Of a stretch of DNA of 64,000 bases, positions 1 through 15,689 are shown one piece after another. Source of the stretch: Paramecium tetraurelia (Eukaryota). The notes below the pieces were generated by a model. The model ran no database searches. It was given only the letters and a program-made list of their open reading frames with translations, and was not told the origin of the DNA. Position 1 is the first letter of the stretch, and every line of letters begins with the position of its first letter. A program made the position numbers and the translations under genes. The DNA lies in assembly GCA_000165425.1 (NCBI GenBank), contig CT868039.1, positions 62,001 to 126,000 on the forward strand, given 5' to 3'.

Positions 1-790
1 CCACAAGAATCCTCATGAATGGATTACCAGTGAAGTCGAAGTCATGGCTATCAACAAAATCAAAGCAGCTATTAGGGCTTATCTCTAAAGAAAAAAATAC
101 TAGAAATAGAAACAATTAAAATAAGAGCAGGAAGAATCAAAAAAGAATTTATTGGCATCTCTTGCCAAGAAGAATCCAGAGAGAATCAAAAGAATTGAAC
201 TAGAAGTCATCAATGTGATTAAAAGTTTAGCTCTAAATAAATAAAAGAGTTAATCTACTATGTATTCATCCAAATAAAGAATACAATCAGATATGAAATT
301 GAAAACTAGAAAATTGTTCTAAGCTGCCAAAAAGAAATGTCTAAACATTGCTATCTAATCAGGTTTCATGTATACACTTGAAGATGCTAATCAGAAGGAT
401 GAATTTGGCAGAACTCCACTATCATACGCTGCTGAAAATGGAGATGAAGCCATTTGCAATTATCTATTAAAAATTGGAGCCAATGTCAATATTCCCAGTT
501 TAGATGGAATGACTCCCATGCATTTTGTTTTTAAGAGCAATTCAGTTTCTCTTATTATGAGATTTATTCATTTAGGGGGCAATTTGAATAAGTTGAATAA
601 CGATGGGTTAACGCCAGTAGCCTTTTGCAACCAGGAAACACTAAAGAAGTTAAATCTAACTCAAATGATCTCCTCTTCTCATAAACAAGGATCATTTGAT
701 AATCACTCGATCTTGAATAAGAAATACCCTCAACAGTCAGAAATAATAGAAGCACTAGAATTTTCAGGCAATTTCAGTAAATTCTAATGA
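1..790 (+). CDS. Ankyrin-repeat protein with IQ-like motif (5' truncated by window)
   Basis: Frame 2 is open from the window start under code 6. It contains IKAAIRAYLQRKKY (IQ-like) and ankyrin repeats (DEFGRTPLSYAAENGD, DGMTPMHF, DGLTPV). TGA at 788-790. Confidence 0.8.
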
Positions 791-1333
791 AAATTAATTT
801 TATATACTATTCAATTTATATTATGACAGTATTTAAGTCATCTAACTATTTGGAATTGGATTTTAAACTGATATCGAATCCCCAAAAAGATGTATTAAAT
901 TCTTAGCCTATTAGTAATTTGCCGTTACAGATACCTATAAAAATTGTTCCCTTTAAATGGTAATCACTTTATCTTATATCAAGGAGCTCCTCCTAGATAT
1001 ATGATAAAGTATCTATAAAATACCCATAGAAAAAGTAGATAATTTTATCTAATTTGAAATTGTCTATTTTTTATAAAATTTTCAGCTTTTTGAATGAGTT
1101 AAATTTGAAAATTACAAAGAGCACTTCTTATGATTTAATTTACATTCAACAAGAAAAAAGATATTAAATCTAGATCTATATTATTTATAGTTTTTATATA
1201 AACATCAATTTTCTTTCACATAAGTTATATATTTAAGGAATTATATGTATTATTCTTCCATTTAATTATAAACCCTTTACCGAGATTATCAGCTATTTAC
1301 ACTCCGTATTTACTTTCCCATTTAATTTATTAT

Positions 1334-2469
1334 TCATTTTTTAAAGAACCTTTTTTGCCTTTAACTTACAGAAAAAACCCAGATAGTTAAGGAGAACTAC
1401 ATTGATAGGCGACAAAATCACTGTTTTCATTAATTATTAGGATAAACTTACCAACTAGTATCATCTATTCAACGCATTTTAAGGCCATCCTTTCCAAGGT
1501 TGTAACATCATTAGCCTTATTTTCTACTTTTTATTGAAAAACTTGGGTATTCATATTTTGGAAAGGTACTGTGTTGTTATTTGGTGGATTTCCAAATGGA
1601 TTCATAAATGGTTATGCTTTTGGGGGTTATTAGTTATTTTGAATTTCGAAGTTGGAAGCAGGAAAGCCTGCATTTTCTGGTATTTTAACTTTATTATTAT
1701 TAATTAGGTTTTAAGGCTTAGTCTATAATGAAAAAATTGGGAATTAAAATTTTTAATTCTATAGACCAGAGGGTTATAGAGTTCCTTAATTGGCTAGTGG
1801 TCGAGGAGGGTTTTATGGGAATGGAAATTGAGGAAAGAATTTCTTTTATTGTAACTAAACTTATGGCACTTGTCCAGTTGTAGTAAAGTGGATTATCAAT
1901 TGAGGATCCTTATCTTAGGGATTAACTAGTTTGCACATCTGCAACTGTATCATTGATGCCAAGATTTTAGTTTGTTCAAAGTCTGTCACTATAATAGATT
2001 GTGGCATTTATACTATTATATCCTTCTATTTGGCTTCTTCCAATACCTAGACATCACAGTTGTATTACTTCTTCGAATGATAAGTCCGAGTTTAATATCA
2101 CTCCCATATTCAATTCAATTCCATCCTATTTAAACCAGCAAGTCACTTTGGGAAAATAGGACTAGTCGTAAACTCTCTTTGCGTAAATAATGTTTCTCAA
2201 ACTTGCTTAGCAAAGGCTTAATGATGAGTCAATCTCTTAATTACATTCTTTGTCTAAAAAAAGTTGAACATCGTAATTCAGGTATTCAGCACACTTGGCT
2301 AGCAAGTCTTTGAAGTGTTGGAATGCCAAGGTTATTTAGAATGATTTAATCTACTCTGGAGGTAGTGTCTAAACTGTAATGCAATTAAACATAAATTAAT
2401 AGAATTTGGGTTATAATTTATTATATTATATTCCTATTCTTTTGGAATCTTACTTAGGATGAATACCAT
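1334..2469 (-). CDS. Hypothetical Pro/Gln-rich protein (ends approximate)
   Basis: Long code-6 frame (...KKFFPQFPFPQNPPRPLANQG...) with short GT..AG introns near the 5' end. No recognised domain. Confidence 0.55.
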
Positions 2470-2758
2470 TTAGTTATCTCAAGTATACGAGTATTTAATA
2501 AAATGATATTTTACTACTTGGATTAATTAATCGAGAGAGTGACAACGGACATTCTAATGATTGACTAATACGTAAATCTGTATATATTCCTATGTGTTTA
2601 CAATATGAATAAGTTTTTGGATAGGAAATTGATTTCAGTAATTTATTGCATTTTAAAATAAATCTTTATAAAATAATCAACTTCCATTGGCATGACAATT
2701 TTAATGGGATAGCAATGAAATGAAAAATACCAATTATTTAACTTGTAATAATAAATTT

Positions 2759-4162
2759 ATGAATTTGATTACATTGAAATTTAAAGATTAAATCCTTGAA
2801 AAATAATATTAGGAACTCAAAACAAAATCCATTCGTAAACCAATTTACTTTGGGATCTACTCGTTTTGTTTTTGTCTCAATGCTTTTAAAATTACAAGGG
2901 ATTTAATCTTGCAAGAGTCATAGCAACTACTATACATAAATTACGTATTTTTGGCATTTATGGTGCTGTCGATAATCTTGATAGTCCAAAATTAGAACTT
3001 CGTAAAATAGGCTCTAGTGATATCGAATCTAGTATCTGGACTGCTTCAAATGAACTTTAATGAATAGTAAACCCAGAAACAAGAATACTACTCTTTCGGA
3101 AGTAGTTTTGCATAATTGCAGGCAGCGTCGTATTTCGTATCAGATTTTTTGGATGGAATACTTTAAGTTGGGGGTCATTTGATTATGAAAGTCACGATTA
3201 CATCAATGTCAACTCATAAAATTGATGCACTATGCTCTAGCTTTGCTATAACAGGTTCTGTATTTATTCTCGTTACAATTTACATTTGTGATTGCAGTTC
3301 AAGAAAGTAATTTCTCTCAACAGTGTGCGAAGACATATGGGATCAATAATTGCCGCATCTTATATAAAAACCATTCATTAAGCTCAGCTACTCGAATACC
3401 ATAATAAACATTTTGCAAAGTAGTCTCATTGAGGCATTCCCCAGTTTCACAAACGAATTATGCAATGGATGTAATGGAAGATAATTTTTAAGAGATTGTT
3501 AGATTGACAAAATTGCATTGTCACAACGCATTCTTAAACCAAGTGATATTCTAAATAAGACCGTCCAGGCAAATTACAAATGTCACAGGTTCAATTTGAG
3601 AGTGTGTAAGTATGGTGTGGAGAACATGAATTTATTAGTAATTTTGGAGAAAATTATTACAACCACTCAAACCAAAGTGTTCCCAACTGAAATCAGAAAG
3701 GATCTCAGTAGGCAGATAAGAATCAACCATCAAGACTGCTTGCGTTTCTTTAATTGGGGCTTGTTTTCCCTTGTCCTTCTTAACAATCACGAAATAAAGC
3801 AAATTAAATTGTTCCTTATGATTAAAAGACTCAATAAGTGTTATCGCAATTATTTGCTACCAATTTAACTTTTTACAAAATAGAATGAACTTCAACTTAA
3901 TACGTATGCCAACCTATTGCGGATATATCTTATTCAATTATACCACATTTTGATTGAACTCTATTCCAAGTCCTATCGAACCAGAATTTAAGTTAGAGAA
4001 TGCGATGAATATATTGAAATGCATATTTTGATAAATTCAAGTATGTTTCATACTCTCTATGAAAACAATGTGTTTATTTAAAATATAGAGAGAGTAATCC
4101 TTTATGAACCCATATCAAATGATTTAAGAATACGATTAAGTAAGCAGTTATCTTTTAAATGA
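2759..4162 (+). CDS. Intronless multi-pass transmembrane protein, 467 aa
   Basis: ATG 2759 to TGA 4160-4162 in one frame (MNLITLKFKDQILEKQYQ...). Several hydrophobic helices in the N-terminal half, followed by a soluble tail. Confidence 0.75.
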
Positions 4163-5275
4163 TTATTATTGGTTGTGTAATGAAATTTATTTCAAAACGA
4201 ATTTATTTCGATTGTTCTGTAAATATCTACCCTGATTTAATTCTTGCTATAATTAATTTTTATTCTTATCTCTATGCCCAAACCCTCAGCAATTAGCAGG
4301 CAAACAATTTAAGGGAAAAGAGTGAGATAAAAAAAGAGTCTCAATATGGATTTTTAACAATTAAATTTGTAGATTAATTTGAAAAGATATAATTTCAGCC
4401 TAAAATTGGACTTCTCAATTTCACTATCAACGATTCATTTTATATGAGTTCTTTCATTTATTACTAATTGTGTATCTCTATTGCAAGTTAATATAGATGT
4501 AATAATATGATTAAGAATTCAATGGATCCAAAATATTATAATCAAATTAGGTGTATATTTAAATCTTTATTTCATAGAATATATTAAAGTCTAAAATTCA
4601 GGTGGATTATAATTGAATTGTTATATTCCTAGTGAATTTAGTATCCTGAGATTTTAGATATATTAAATTGTAATTTAAATATAAGTTAAGTGAGATACTA
4701 AAATACTACTGTTAGCAATAATCATACGTAACAAACTAATTTATAGTCGATAAATAAGATGGATTATGAAATTCTTAATTTAAACAATTTAGATTCATTT
4801 AGGAAAATAAATAAATTAGAAATTTGCAAAATATTGAGACTGCATTGGAGAACTACATTTTATTAAATTCTTAATTGCATATTGATATATTGGATGTCAA
4901 CTCTACCATAAATTATGCATATTAGCATAATATCCTAATAAGTGCTTATTAAATTAAAAAATCCTGAACTCTATCCTTTCTTATATATTTTCTTCATTCA
5001 ATGAGAACTTAAGTTAATTCTCAGAGAGTTTGAATTGAATTTCAATAAATATATCATATATATTATATTGAAATTTTATTAAATGTAATTCTGGGTGAAT
5101 TTAACGCTTGGTTAAATAGATGCGAATGATAAATGAGTACTGGAGCAATGAGTGGATTAGTACCAAATAATGATAGGAATTAAAGTATTAGCAACTAGAG
5201 AGTGGGATGGAACATGTAAATTGAATGCTCATGCAAAATTATATATATTTGTTGTAATGTACTTAAATTATAACC

Positions 5276-5787
5276 TCATTATTTCTTGGGGGCTGGAGCT
5301 TTCTTTTAGGCTTATGGCTTGTCAGCGGCGGCAGCAGCAGCGGCAGCTTTTTAGGCGGCGACAACTTGAGCATTTACAGTGAAGATGTATTATTTAGAGT
5401 TTTAATCTCCGGCTGGTACCAACAAACCTGATTTTGCGAAATGTCTAATGCATCTTCTTGCCAATGAACTTTAATAAGGTGTAAGAGACCAATAAATACC
5501 CATTAACTTTGAATTTATCTGATACTGTAGAGACTGTGATCAATGCACCCATTTTTGGTAATTGGGTCTCAATTTATTTGTAGGATGTATTGTCCAAAAA
5601 CACGGCATTGTTTAATTTATCCTTTGCTCTTCCCTTAGTCCATTTCTATGCACGTTATCAAAGAACAATATTACCTTCTTAGTTTAATTACTTCTTTGGG
5701 AGGCTGCCTTAGAAATCTAATCCTTGGTTTTCTTTTAACCTTAGGTTGGTTGTTTTCCCTAAACTATAATTGATAATGTATTACCAT
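5276..5787 (-). CDS. RPS25: 40S ribosomal protein eS25
   Basis: KKWTKGRAKDKLNNAVFLD...ITVSTVSDKFKVNGSLARRCIRHF matches eS25. Three short introns, the first directly after the ATG. Ala-rich C-terminal tail. Confidence 0.95.
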
Positions 5788-6115
5788 GATTTTAAATCTT
5801 TAATAAAATTTTTGAAATTATTTTAATCTAAATCAATGTAAAATGTCACATATGCAAGTAGTAACAGAAACAAACTAGGATTTGTTATTTCAATTCGAAT
5901 GTGATAGGTATAGGAATACAGGAATACCAATGATAAATTCAGAAGGAATGATGAAGATTTTAAGATATTAATTTAACTTAATCTAAATATTATGAAAGAA
6001 TAAGAAGGGATCATGATATGGATATAGATGAAAAATTGTAAGTTGAATCAATAATGAGTATGAGATATTTAATAAATTGTTGAGTATTTATTAGTTATAA
6101 TATAATTATAAAATC

Positions 6116-8547
6116 ATGGGAAACAAGGAATTGAAGGTGCTCAATTATAATCCCCAAGATCCAGACTTAATTTAATTCAGACAATTGTACATGCGTTATC
6201 CGAAGTAAAGCAGTGTCAAGAAGTCATAACTCATTTAAAATACTTAAGAGCTTCTAGAATATGAGATCGTGATTCACAATGAGGCATTTTCTGAAGTGTT
6301 TGAGCGTAATCATTACATCAATCTCAAAAAGACTTAGATGAGAGTGGACATTGATTTAACTAGATTCTGCAGTGGTTATCACGGTCAACAGATGAGATTG
6401 CTTGGTTACAATACCATATTAAACGAAAAGAAATCCGTAGGCAAATTCATGCGTCTCAAAGACTTCGTTGAATTAGTAACAGAGAATTAAAAGATTCGAA
6501 TTTTAGATCTAAGTGATCATTCCTTTTAATTTACTCGCAAACTCAATCCAGAAGACAAATTGCAAATAGAATACAGATATATACTTAAACATGAAATACT
6601 CTAAAATAATGTCCGAATATTATGCTTATAACTTAATCCAGAATGTCCCTATAAAATATCAATCACTACACCAGAACTTTCATCAGTGTTATCGCCCACT
6701 CATAAATTACAAATTAACAACAATCATATCCAATGCAATTTTTATAAGGGAACAGACTCTTCCCTGTTTATTTTACTATTTACAATAAAGCCAGAGTTGA
6801 TATGCACCAAGATACAATTCGGAGCCCCTGGGTATTCGATCAATTAAAAATATTGCATGTACTTGAATCTTCCATTGCCTACCACATTGTATGATGAAAT
6901 GATTTATTTTAATTGTGAGGATCCACTGAAAAATTAAGAATAAGAAACCATGGAATCTATGCCATCTTATTCAAGCATCACTCCAGAATCTATAAATTAA
7001 CATTATTGGCCTTACTTTTTCAACATCACTCCAATTACTCATTAAAGAAACATAACATTCTTCTTGGATCAAAGCAACTCTATGGAGGGAACCAAAATCA
7101 TGCTGGCTAAATAGGGATTGCAATTGTTCATTCGATCTTTGCCATCAGAATGTTATTTCAATATTTACAGTTTTGGAAGCAAGTGGAGAAAGATATTCTA
7201 AACTTATTAAAAGATCTGCGAACCTGTTTTAAAGTAATGCGAAAAAGAAATTAAAATGATGGAAGGCAATATGGGAAGTACATTCTTATTGGGTGCTATG
7301 AATGATGCATTGCTCAATTCTGTAAAGTCATCGGATGCTACATGGTTTATATTGACAGATGGCCGAATAGCTGAAATTGAAGAAATATTCGCCTTATTGA
7401 AATCTAATCCTCATATTCGAGTGTTCTCCTTGGGATTTGGATTAGAATTCGATTAGGAAATAGTGGAATAATTAGCTAATCAAACCAATGGGAGGTAACA
7501 TAATATCAATATTGTAGTTGCATCTTCTGTCAAAATGTACAGTCCTTAAACTCTTAAATGATCTAATTATTGCAATTGGCCCTATTGCCAAAGTTTAAAA
7601 TGAATGTGAAATTTGACAGTCATTTACACATCACTACTATGTATCCAAGTCCAAACAGACCTTAAAGAGAATTACTATGCTACCTGGATAATCAGCAGTT
7701 GCAAGACTAATCAGAAATAGAATTAGAAATCAATTTCGGAAATGAGAATGAACCTCAGATTATCTAGCAATACAAATGCAATTTAAGAGATATTCAAACC
7801 AATTACTTGTTACATCTCTATGGATACATCTAAATCTTGGAGAAGATCTTGGATGAAATTTGGTATTCAGATAGTATATCCACCATTTTATGCAACCAAC
7901 TTAAGAATTCATTCGATATTAACAACCCATTACTGTTGCTATTCTTTAATCCACTTAACATCCTTATGATTGACAACTGCGCTGTGATCTGCAACATCAA
8001 TATAGAGAATCTCTAGAAATTGATTAATGAATAAAAGAAATCTCGGGATTACTTGGGTCTATTGTTGTAATACATAAGTGATCAAACCTATGAGTAAGCA
8101 ATCAAATGTATTAATGCGAATGAAAAGATCTCCGAGGAATCAGTTTCCATCGAGATGGGCTCCAGTTACACCTAGGCCAATTAAGATTATTTGATTAAGG
8201 TCATCCAAACACAATAAATTGATGGATCTTTCATGGATCAGTAGGCTCTTGCTCTAGTTTGTCCCAGCTAATCTATGAATGCTATACTAGCTAAAATGCC
8301 AGAATCTAATCAAAGCCAATCTCTTGTTAATGGGAGATAAACCTAATAACTACCTGATTTCATATTAACACAGATCTGGGTGACTGCCCTAGTGATTGCA
8401 TATTTGAAGAAATACTAAAGACAACAAAGGGGCTAATGGATCATCATCTATATAAAAGCTATTAATTTTATCAAATAATATTTAAAGAATTGGCAATCCC
8501 TCTTATACAAGGCCAGAATTGAATTAATAAATGCAGGTCTTAAATGA
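6116..8547 (+). CDS. von Willebrand factor A domain protein (VWA5A/VIT-vWA-like)
   Basis: MIDAS-like FFLDQSNSMEG, then LQLFIRSLPSECYFNIYSFGS, FILTDG and RVFSLGFG. Intron at ~7495-7517. MGN N-terminus. Confidence 0.85.
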
Positions 8548-9395
8548 AGTACAAATATTGATAATAAATAAATTCATCATCTTTGCCTATTATATTTGAA
8601 CACATAAAATTATGTAATTGTTTATAAAATACCTATTGATAATTTCTTTTTATGCTAAAATGACATCCTTACATTTATTAGTCTAAAGTTGGTGAAAATT
8701 AAATAACAGTCCATTGCAGTTCAGAACAAAAAAATAACAAACTTTAATATGAAATCTGAAATACTCTTGATTTTCTACTTTTCTTTTCTTAACTTGTATA
8801 AGAACATATCATCAGAAGGCATAATTCAAAACCCATCTCTTGAAATAACTATGAAATTTTAAAAGTAATCCTCTTTAACAATCTTAGTGAACAGAAAATA
8901 AATTATTATACAAAGATATAAAGAAGCTATAATATAATAATTTATATGTTTAAAGTTATATTCCTAGTATGAGAATATCTGAATTTGAAACTGGTTGGTC
9001 AATTAAAAATGAATTTTAGATCAAATTTTTCTCTTACTTCAAAATGAGAAAAACTTTTCGCTGTTTGACTTATAAAAATGATATAATCAAATGAAAATTG
9101 CTTTGATTCATTTAGCCTCATATTAAATTGAAATTTACTACTATTTTTGTAGATTATTCAACTATTTTAATGCTAAGATACTTCGTAATGTTCATTTATT
9201 ATTCAACGAGAGAGATGTAGTCATTCAGAATAGTTCTAAACTCTATTTAGTCATGAATGACTATCTTATAGAATTGAGATATATTATTCTACTTGAATTT
9301 TCTAAACATAATTTTATATATCTTTATTGTTGATAGTCAACAACAAATTATAATAAGAGATATTAAGAATTCTTAATTGAAAATGCACAAATATT

Positions 9396-10615
<1,220 letters not shown>

Positions 10616-10681
10616 GATTTTATATTAATTATAATTTGTCGTATTTTATAATAAAAACAAGTATATAAATTTAATAATAAA

Positions 10682-11922
10682 TCATTCATTAGATAACAAT
10701 TTATAGCTTTGATTCAAATGATGCAATTTATTTATTAATGAATCAATTTTTGAATTATTTTCCTTCATTCTCTCAGATGACAATTTGCTCTCCTACTTTT
10801 TTGTTCTAATAAAACTACTCCTATTTAAGTCTCTCTAAAATAGACCACTCAATTCAGTAGTTTGATTTCGATATTATTACATGACATCCTTCATCTGTCT
10901 AATTTGACTATCCTCCTCCTCTTTCAGATTGCTGAAATCCATTTCATTCACTTAAGTATGATTAGTCTTTGGGAGAAATGAAGACTCCTGAGACCTAAAA
11001 CTCTTATCGCCCATTTGCTATTCTATAAAACTATTATGCAAAGTGACTTCTCCCAATTCCCTCACTTTCTCTGAAAATTCTTTCAATTATTATTTGACTT
11101 GTTTGCTATCTTGTAAATTCCATTTATCATCTAAACAAACTATTAACTTATTCAATAATTGTAATTAATTATTCATTTGATCATACATCTTTTTTAGTTC
11201 CTTACTGTTCATTTACATAGATCCACTCAAATTACTTTTGCTTGACTTCTTAGAATTAAAACAAGATGTCTTTTCTAATTTATGAAAGATGTCTTGCATT
11301 ACTTCTCTGTCATTGTTAGTTAATTTATCATCTTCAACTTTCATTATAGCTTTCGAAGTAGTCTTAAATAATTTTTATTACTCTAAGATATAGCACAAAT
11401 ATATTAGTACAATTATTAAGATTGTTTAGTATTTGATTTACATGATGATCTCCACGAAAACTAACATTATTACTTTGAGGATATATCACATATGTTTAAG
11501 ACTATTATGGTTGACTGTTTATAACATATTGTGGTTATTACACCAAAGTGCTTACTGGTACTGAGAAACTTTGATTACTCATGAATTAGTTAGTTTATTA
11601 TCGAATAGGAGGACAAGAAAGAGCCTGCTGAGTTTGGATTCTGTGTTGGATTGGAGAGTGCTTAGGCTGGAGTTTAAATTGGTTAGTATTAAAGTCATCG
11701 AATTTGTTGGGGGATCTGGATACTCGGAATTGTTGAGTTTTATAGGAATAATATTATGACTCGGATTTGTATTGTTATGTAGAGTTGTCATCAAATATTG
11801 GTTTCTTGCATATTGGTGCTGAGTGATCTGTGAACTCAATCGTAAGTAATACCTCTTTGTTATTTGAATGGATTGATTTGCTCTAATCTATTCCTTATAC
11901 CATTGGCTTCACAACATCCCAT
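10682..11922 (-). CDS. Hypothetical protein with MGCC acylation start
   Basis: MGCCEA.. start, short introns, Asn/Ser-rich middle and coiled-coil C-terminus ending ...YKLLSNE-TGA. Confidence 0.6.
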
Positions 11923-12131
11923 TATCGTTAATTTAATAATAAAACAGAAATATTAATCAAAATTTTAGTAAATTTATTTCATATTAAATGAGTTACTTTA
12001 TAATTCTTAGGTTTGTTTAGATTACAGTTTTTTTGTGTCCTTTGATATATTCAAAAGAATAAAATACGATTAATAATTTATTAAGTTTAAATAATAATAA
12101 TTTTAAAATCCCCTTAGACATGTAATCAAAC

Positions 12132-12396
12132 ATGAACGGATCCAATATGAAGAGTCAAATGCGAGTATCCTCAATGTCAGAGAAAGAGGAAGCCCAAGAA
12201 ACCTTGGAAAGTATAAATAAGTTGTGATTAAGTCATTCATGAGATGTCCCAAATTTTGAATTGCGGATTGGATAGATAATAATTAGCCATTTTAGTTAGC
12301 ATGATAGAAAATGGTGTGAATCCTGAAGCTTTGGCCTTGGTTGTAAATGAGATGAAAACGGAGCTGAACACATACAAAAAAATTCATAAATAATGA
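12132..12396 (+). CDS. MZT1: MOZART1 (gamma-tubulin ring complex protein)
   Basis: ETLEIIHEMSQILNCGLDRQQLAILVSMIENGVNPEALALVVNEMK is the MZT1 signature. One 22-nt intron. Confidence 0.93.
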
Positions 12397-12404
12397 TTTT
12401 ATAT

Positions 12405-14144
12405 TCACTTTTTCACAAAACTAAATATAGTTGATTAAGTTTATTTAAGTGCTTTTTCTATAGATTTTATTGATTACTTCTTTTGAGTAGATTGATCATG
12501 TGTTGGTTTGCTTTTTATCTAAAATAATACAAGTAAATACATACTTAACTTAAGCATTATGTGTTTGTAACTTTGGATTTGATAGAGAAGGGATTGAAAA
12601 ATTCAGATGAACTTTCATTAGACTCAATGTCATCAATATTATTTTATTAAGTGATTTGCACTTACTTTTGCTATAACTTCATGCCTTCCTCATTCTCATC
12701 ATCTCCTTATACGATCTCCAATTCATCTACATTTTATTGATTGTGCTTTTCCTGTTAATCAAAAATCTCTTCACACAACTTAAATATGCTTAACTCCTCC
12801 TTCTATGTCTATGTACGTTTTGCTGGTAAAAATTACTATTCTCTTATAACATTGGCAGGTTTTTCAACAAATTCTGGTAGATTATCAATATCAGCAGTCT
12901 ATAAAAATTATTAAACTCTTTGCTTAGCTTCAATATCTACAATTTATTATTTCGAATTTTCCAATCTCCTTTCAATCCTTTTGAACAATTAAGTAAAATC
13001 TATCTTCATTCTTTCTCTGAAAACCAAAGTCTTAATGTCCAAATCACCATTACAGAATTGAACCTACAGATTCTCTTAGATTCTTTCACCCACCAATTGC
13101 TATATCTAATCAAGAGGCAGGAATTTATCTTATTCAAGTGTCTCCAAAAAACCATCATACTTCTCTTGATTCAATTATACCCATTATTTCTTAGTTGGGC
13201 AATACACTGTTTAAAATTAGAAGATCAATCTCGTGGCTTTGACTATTTTTTCATACTCCTCAGGGATCTTACCATTAAATTACTTAGCCTTTTTCAATTT
13301 ACTAATTGTATTACTAATGTCATCGTATTTAGACATATAATCAATCGCTTTTTTTATTCCCATCCCCCTAATAGATGGAACATAATCACATCCACTCATA
13401 ATGCACACATCAATCAGTTGTTCATTCTTGAAGGCTAAAAACTATCTTATGTCATCGCTTTTAATATGCGCTCTATTTTAGCGAGATTCTCTTAGTTTCT
13501 ATAACTCCAATTCAAAGCAGGCTCCGTTGCTTTACAATTTAAAAACAATCAACGGACATTGATAACAAATTAAATCACTCTGAAAGACATATAATTAATT
13601 AATACATCTTCTGTTATGGCGAAGTCACACTACCCACTTAAACACATATGGGCAATCTAAGCATCAGCCTCATATGGTGCTATTATGTATTATACTTCTA
13701 ATTCCCTTAACACATCAAATGTAGTGTACATCATTTACTTACGTATTTTCAAACATCTTTGATAGTACCTTTTAGCCTCCTCTGTGTTTCCACTTTCCTA
13801 CAATTCTTTTGCTTTTAATAAGTTTTGCTGTTTGATTTACTTTCGCATCTATTCAGTCTTCTCTTTAGCTCTCAAATTTCGACCATCAAATATTAATATT
13901 GGAGTTATTTCATATTCTTTCAACATTATCAACTAACCATCATCACAAATCTCATTACCATTTTTTACACATAATAGAGATAATCATTTGTCTTGATGTC
14001 TTGATTTAATTCATGAGCACACGAATAGCATCCTCGATATAGCCAAGACATAGCATCGATTGCAGCAGTCTTTCCACGGTAAAAAGTAATGCATCGTTCA
14101 ACTAAAGCTGGTTTTAGAAAATTGAGCAAATTCTCTATTCCCAT
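12405..14144 (-). CDS. EXO1: Exonuclease 1 (XPG/Rad2 family)
   Basis: MGIENLLNFLKP...AIDAMSWLYRGCYSCA, ILIFDG, APYEADAQIAHM, ITEDSDL and GGCDY motifs. C-terminal PIP-like QSTIFSF. Confidence 0.92.
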
Positions 14145-14618
14145 TTAAATTTAATATAAAATTTATTATCCCGCCTTTTTTCCTATAAATATTTTAAGTC
14201 ACTTATTGGATGCGATTAATTATCTAAAGCATCCAAATAACTTAAAATATTTTACAAAAGCAGACTCATATAGGTATAGATGAACTAAAAATTGCTTACA
14301 TATATATTTGAAAGAACAAAATTAATTAATCTTTTTGATATTATGTTAATATTTTAATAATAATAACTTTTTTTTTTAATTAAATTAGTCTAGTTTAATT
14401 AGTTATTGATAACTATGCAGTAATTCTCTCACAAAGGTATCATCTATCTTTGTGAGGTAAACATTTTCGAATTAGATTAAGACACTAATTCTCATTTTGC
14501 AATTGTGTTACTTTATATAAAAAATCTTGGAGAGGGATTGTATATAACTTCTAAAACTAGGGATAATAATAAATTAAAATAAGATTTAAACTCTATTATT
14601 ATTTGAGTATTATATAGA

Positions 14619-15408
14619 TCACTTTTTAAAATTAAAAAAGTCTATAGGCAATCCTGCTTTTGCAGTTTTGGGGATTGATGTTTATTTTGTTCTTTTTTCT
14701 GATAATTTGATTTTGAGTTCTCTTGTTGAGAGCATAAGCAAATCAAGGATTTTATCTGGTACATCTGTTTTGAGCTTGGTGTTCTTATTTTAATTTTCAT
14801 TTCTAATGTCCAATTTGAGATTGGTGGTTTCATCTGTCTATTTATATAATGGATAAATTTGTTTGCAAATAGATTTAATTTATTCTTTGGATTGAATTTA
14901 TTTGGATGTCAGAACAGGAGTTCTATAACAAATGATTCTGTCGCTGCAAATTTATGTGTCAGGTTCAGTTTTTATAACAGTTTTATCTTTATTAAAGCTT
15001 TGGTAGTCAATAATTTATTATTGCTTGGGAGATTGATAGGAATTAGAATTTAGTTATTGTTTAACCATGTAGCCATTAATAACTTTGGATTGTTTGGGTG
15101 GTTATTTAATAGCTTAATTGATTGATTATTGGATTGTTTCGACGTCTTGGGATTTTTGTCTTCGAGAAGAGTGTAATTTGGTTGAGGTAATGTTTTTCTG
15201 GCTTTTGAATTTGTGTTAGTTAATATGGGGATCCTTGTTAGTGTGCAGGGATTGATTTACATGTTTTTTGGATTTAAGTAATTTTAATCTGATGATTATA
15301 TATAAATTTATACTAATCAGCAATATTGTCAGCATTTCTGTTTAGACATGCTTACTATGAAATATGGTAACTAATTTGGTGGGAAGGTACATAATATGCA
15401 TGATTCAT
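14619..15408 (-). CDS. Hypothetical low-complexity protein
   Basis: MNHAYYVPSHQ... start, one ~25-nt intron, then an open frame to ...GLPIDFFNFKK-TGA using TAA as Gln. Confidence 0.6.
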
Positions 15409-15689
15409 GATATTCGAAAATATTAAAAAAATTAATCAATGTAAAATTGAATTCGGTAAAAGTGCATCAAAAAAATCTGTTGTGAATTTAGTTATTGCCC
15501 CCTTTTGGTATTAGTAATTTGTTGGGTTGACTTATATTACTTTTAGAGTTTGGAGTTTTGTTTAATTCTGTGAATATCCTTTTTAATCTTGAGTTGAAAG
15601 AAATAACAAGTCTAAAGTTTCTCTTTTTGGTTTATAATTGTATTGATGATCATTTAATATGTTTTGGTTGGTATCTTGGAGAAATTGAT

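Noticed and set aside
5085..5200. snR30/U17-like motifs (ATTCCTA, AACCA, terminal ACA) on the minus strand
   Set aside because: The m2-like motif is too far from the ACA box and sits inside its own hairpin, so the spacing does not fit U17/snR30.
5170..5382. Plus-strand ORF with RRQQQRQ
   Set aside because: Antisense shadow of the Ala-rich RPS25 tail.
12920..13438. 172-aa plus-strand ORF
   Set aside because: Antisense to EXO1 with no recognisable domain.
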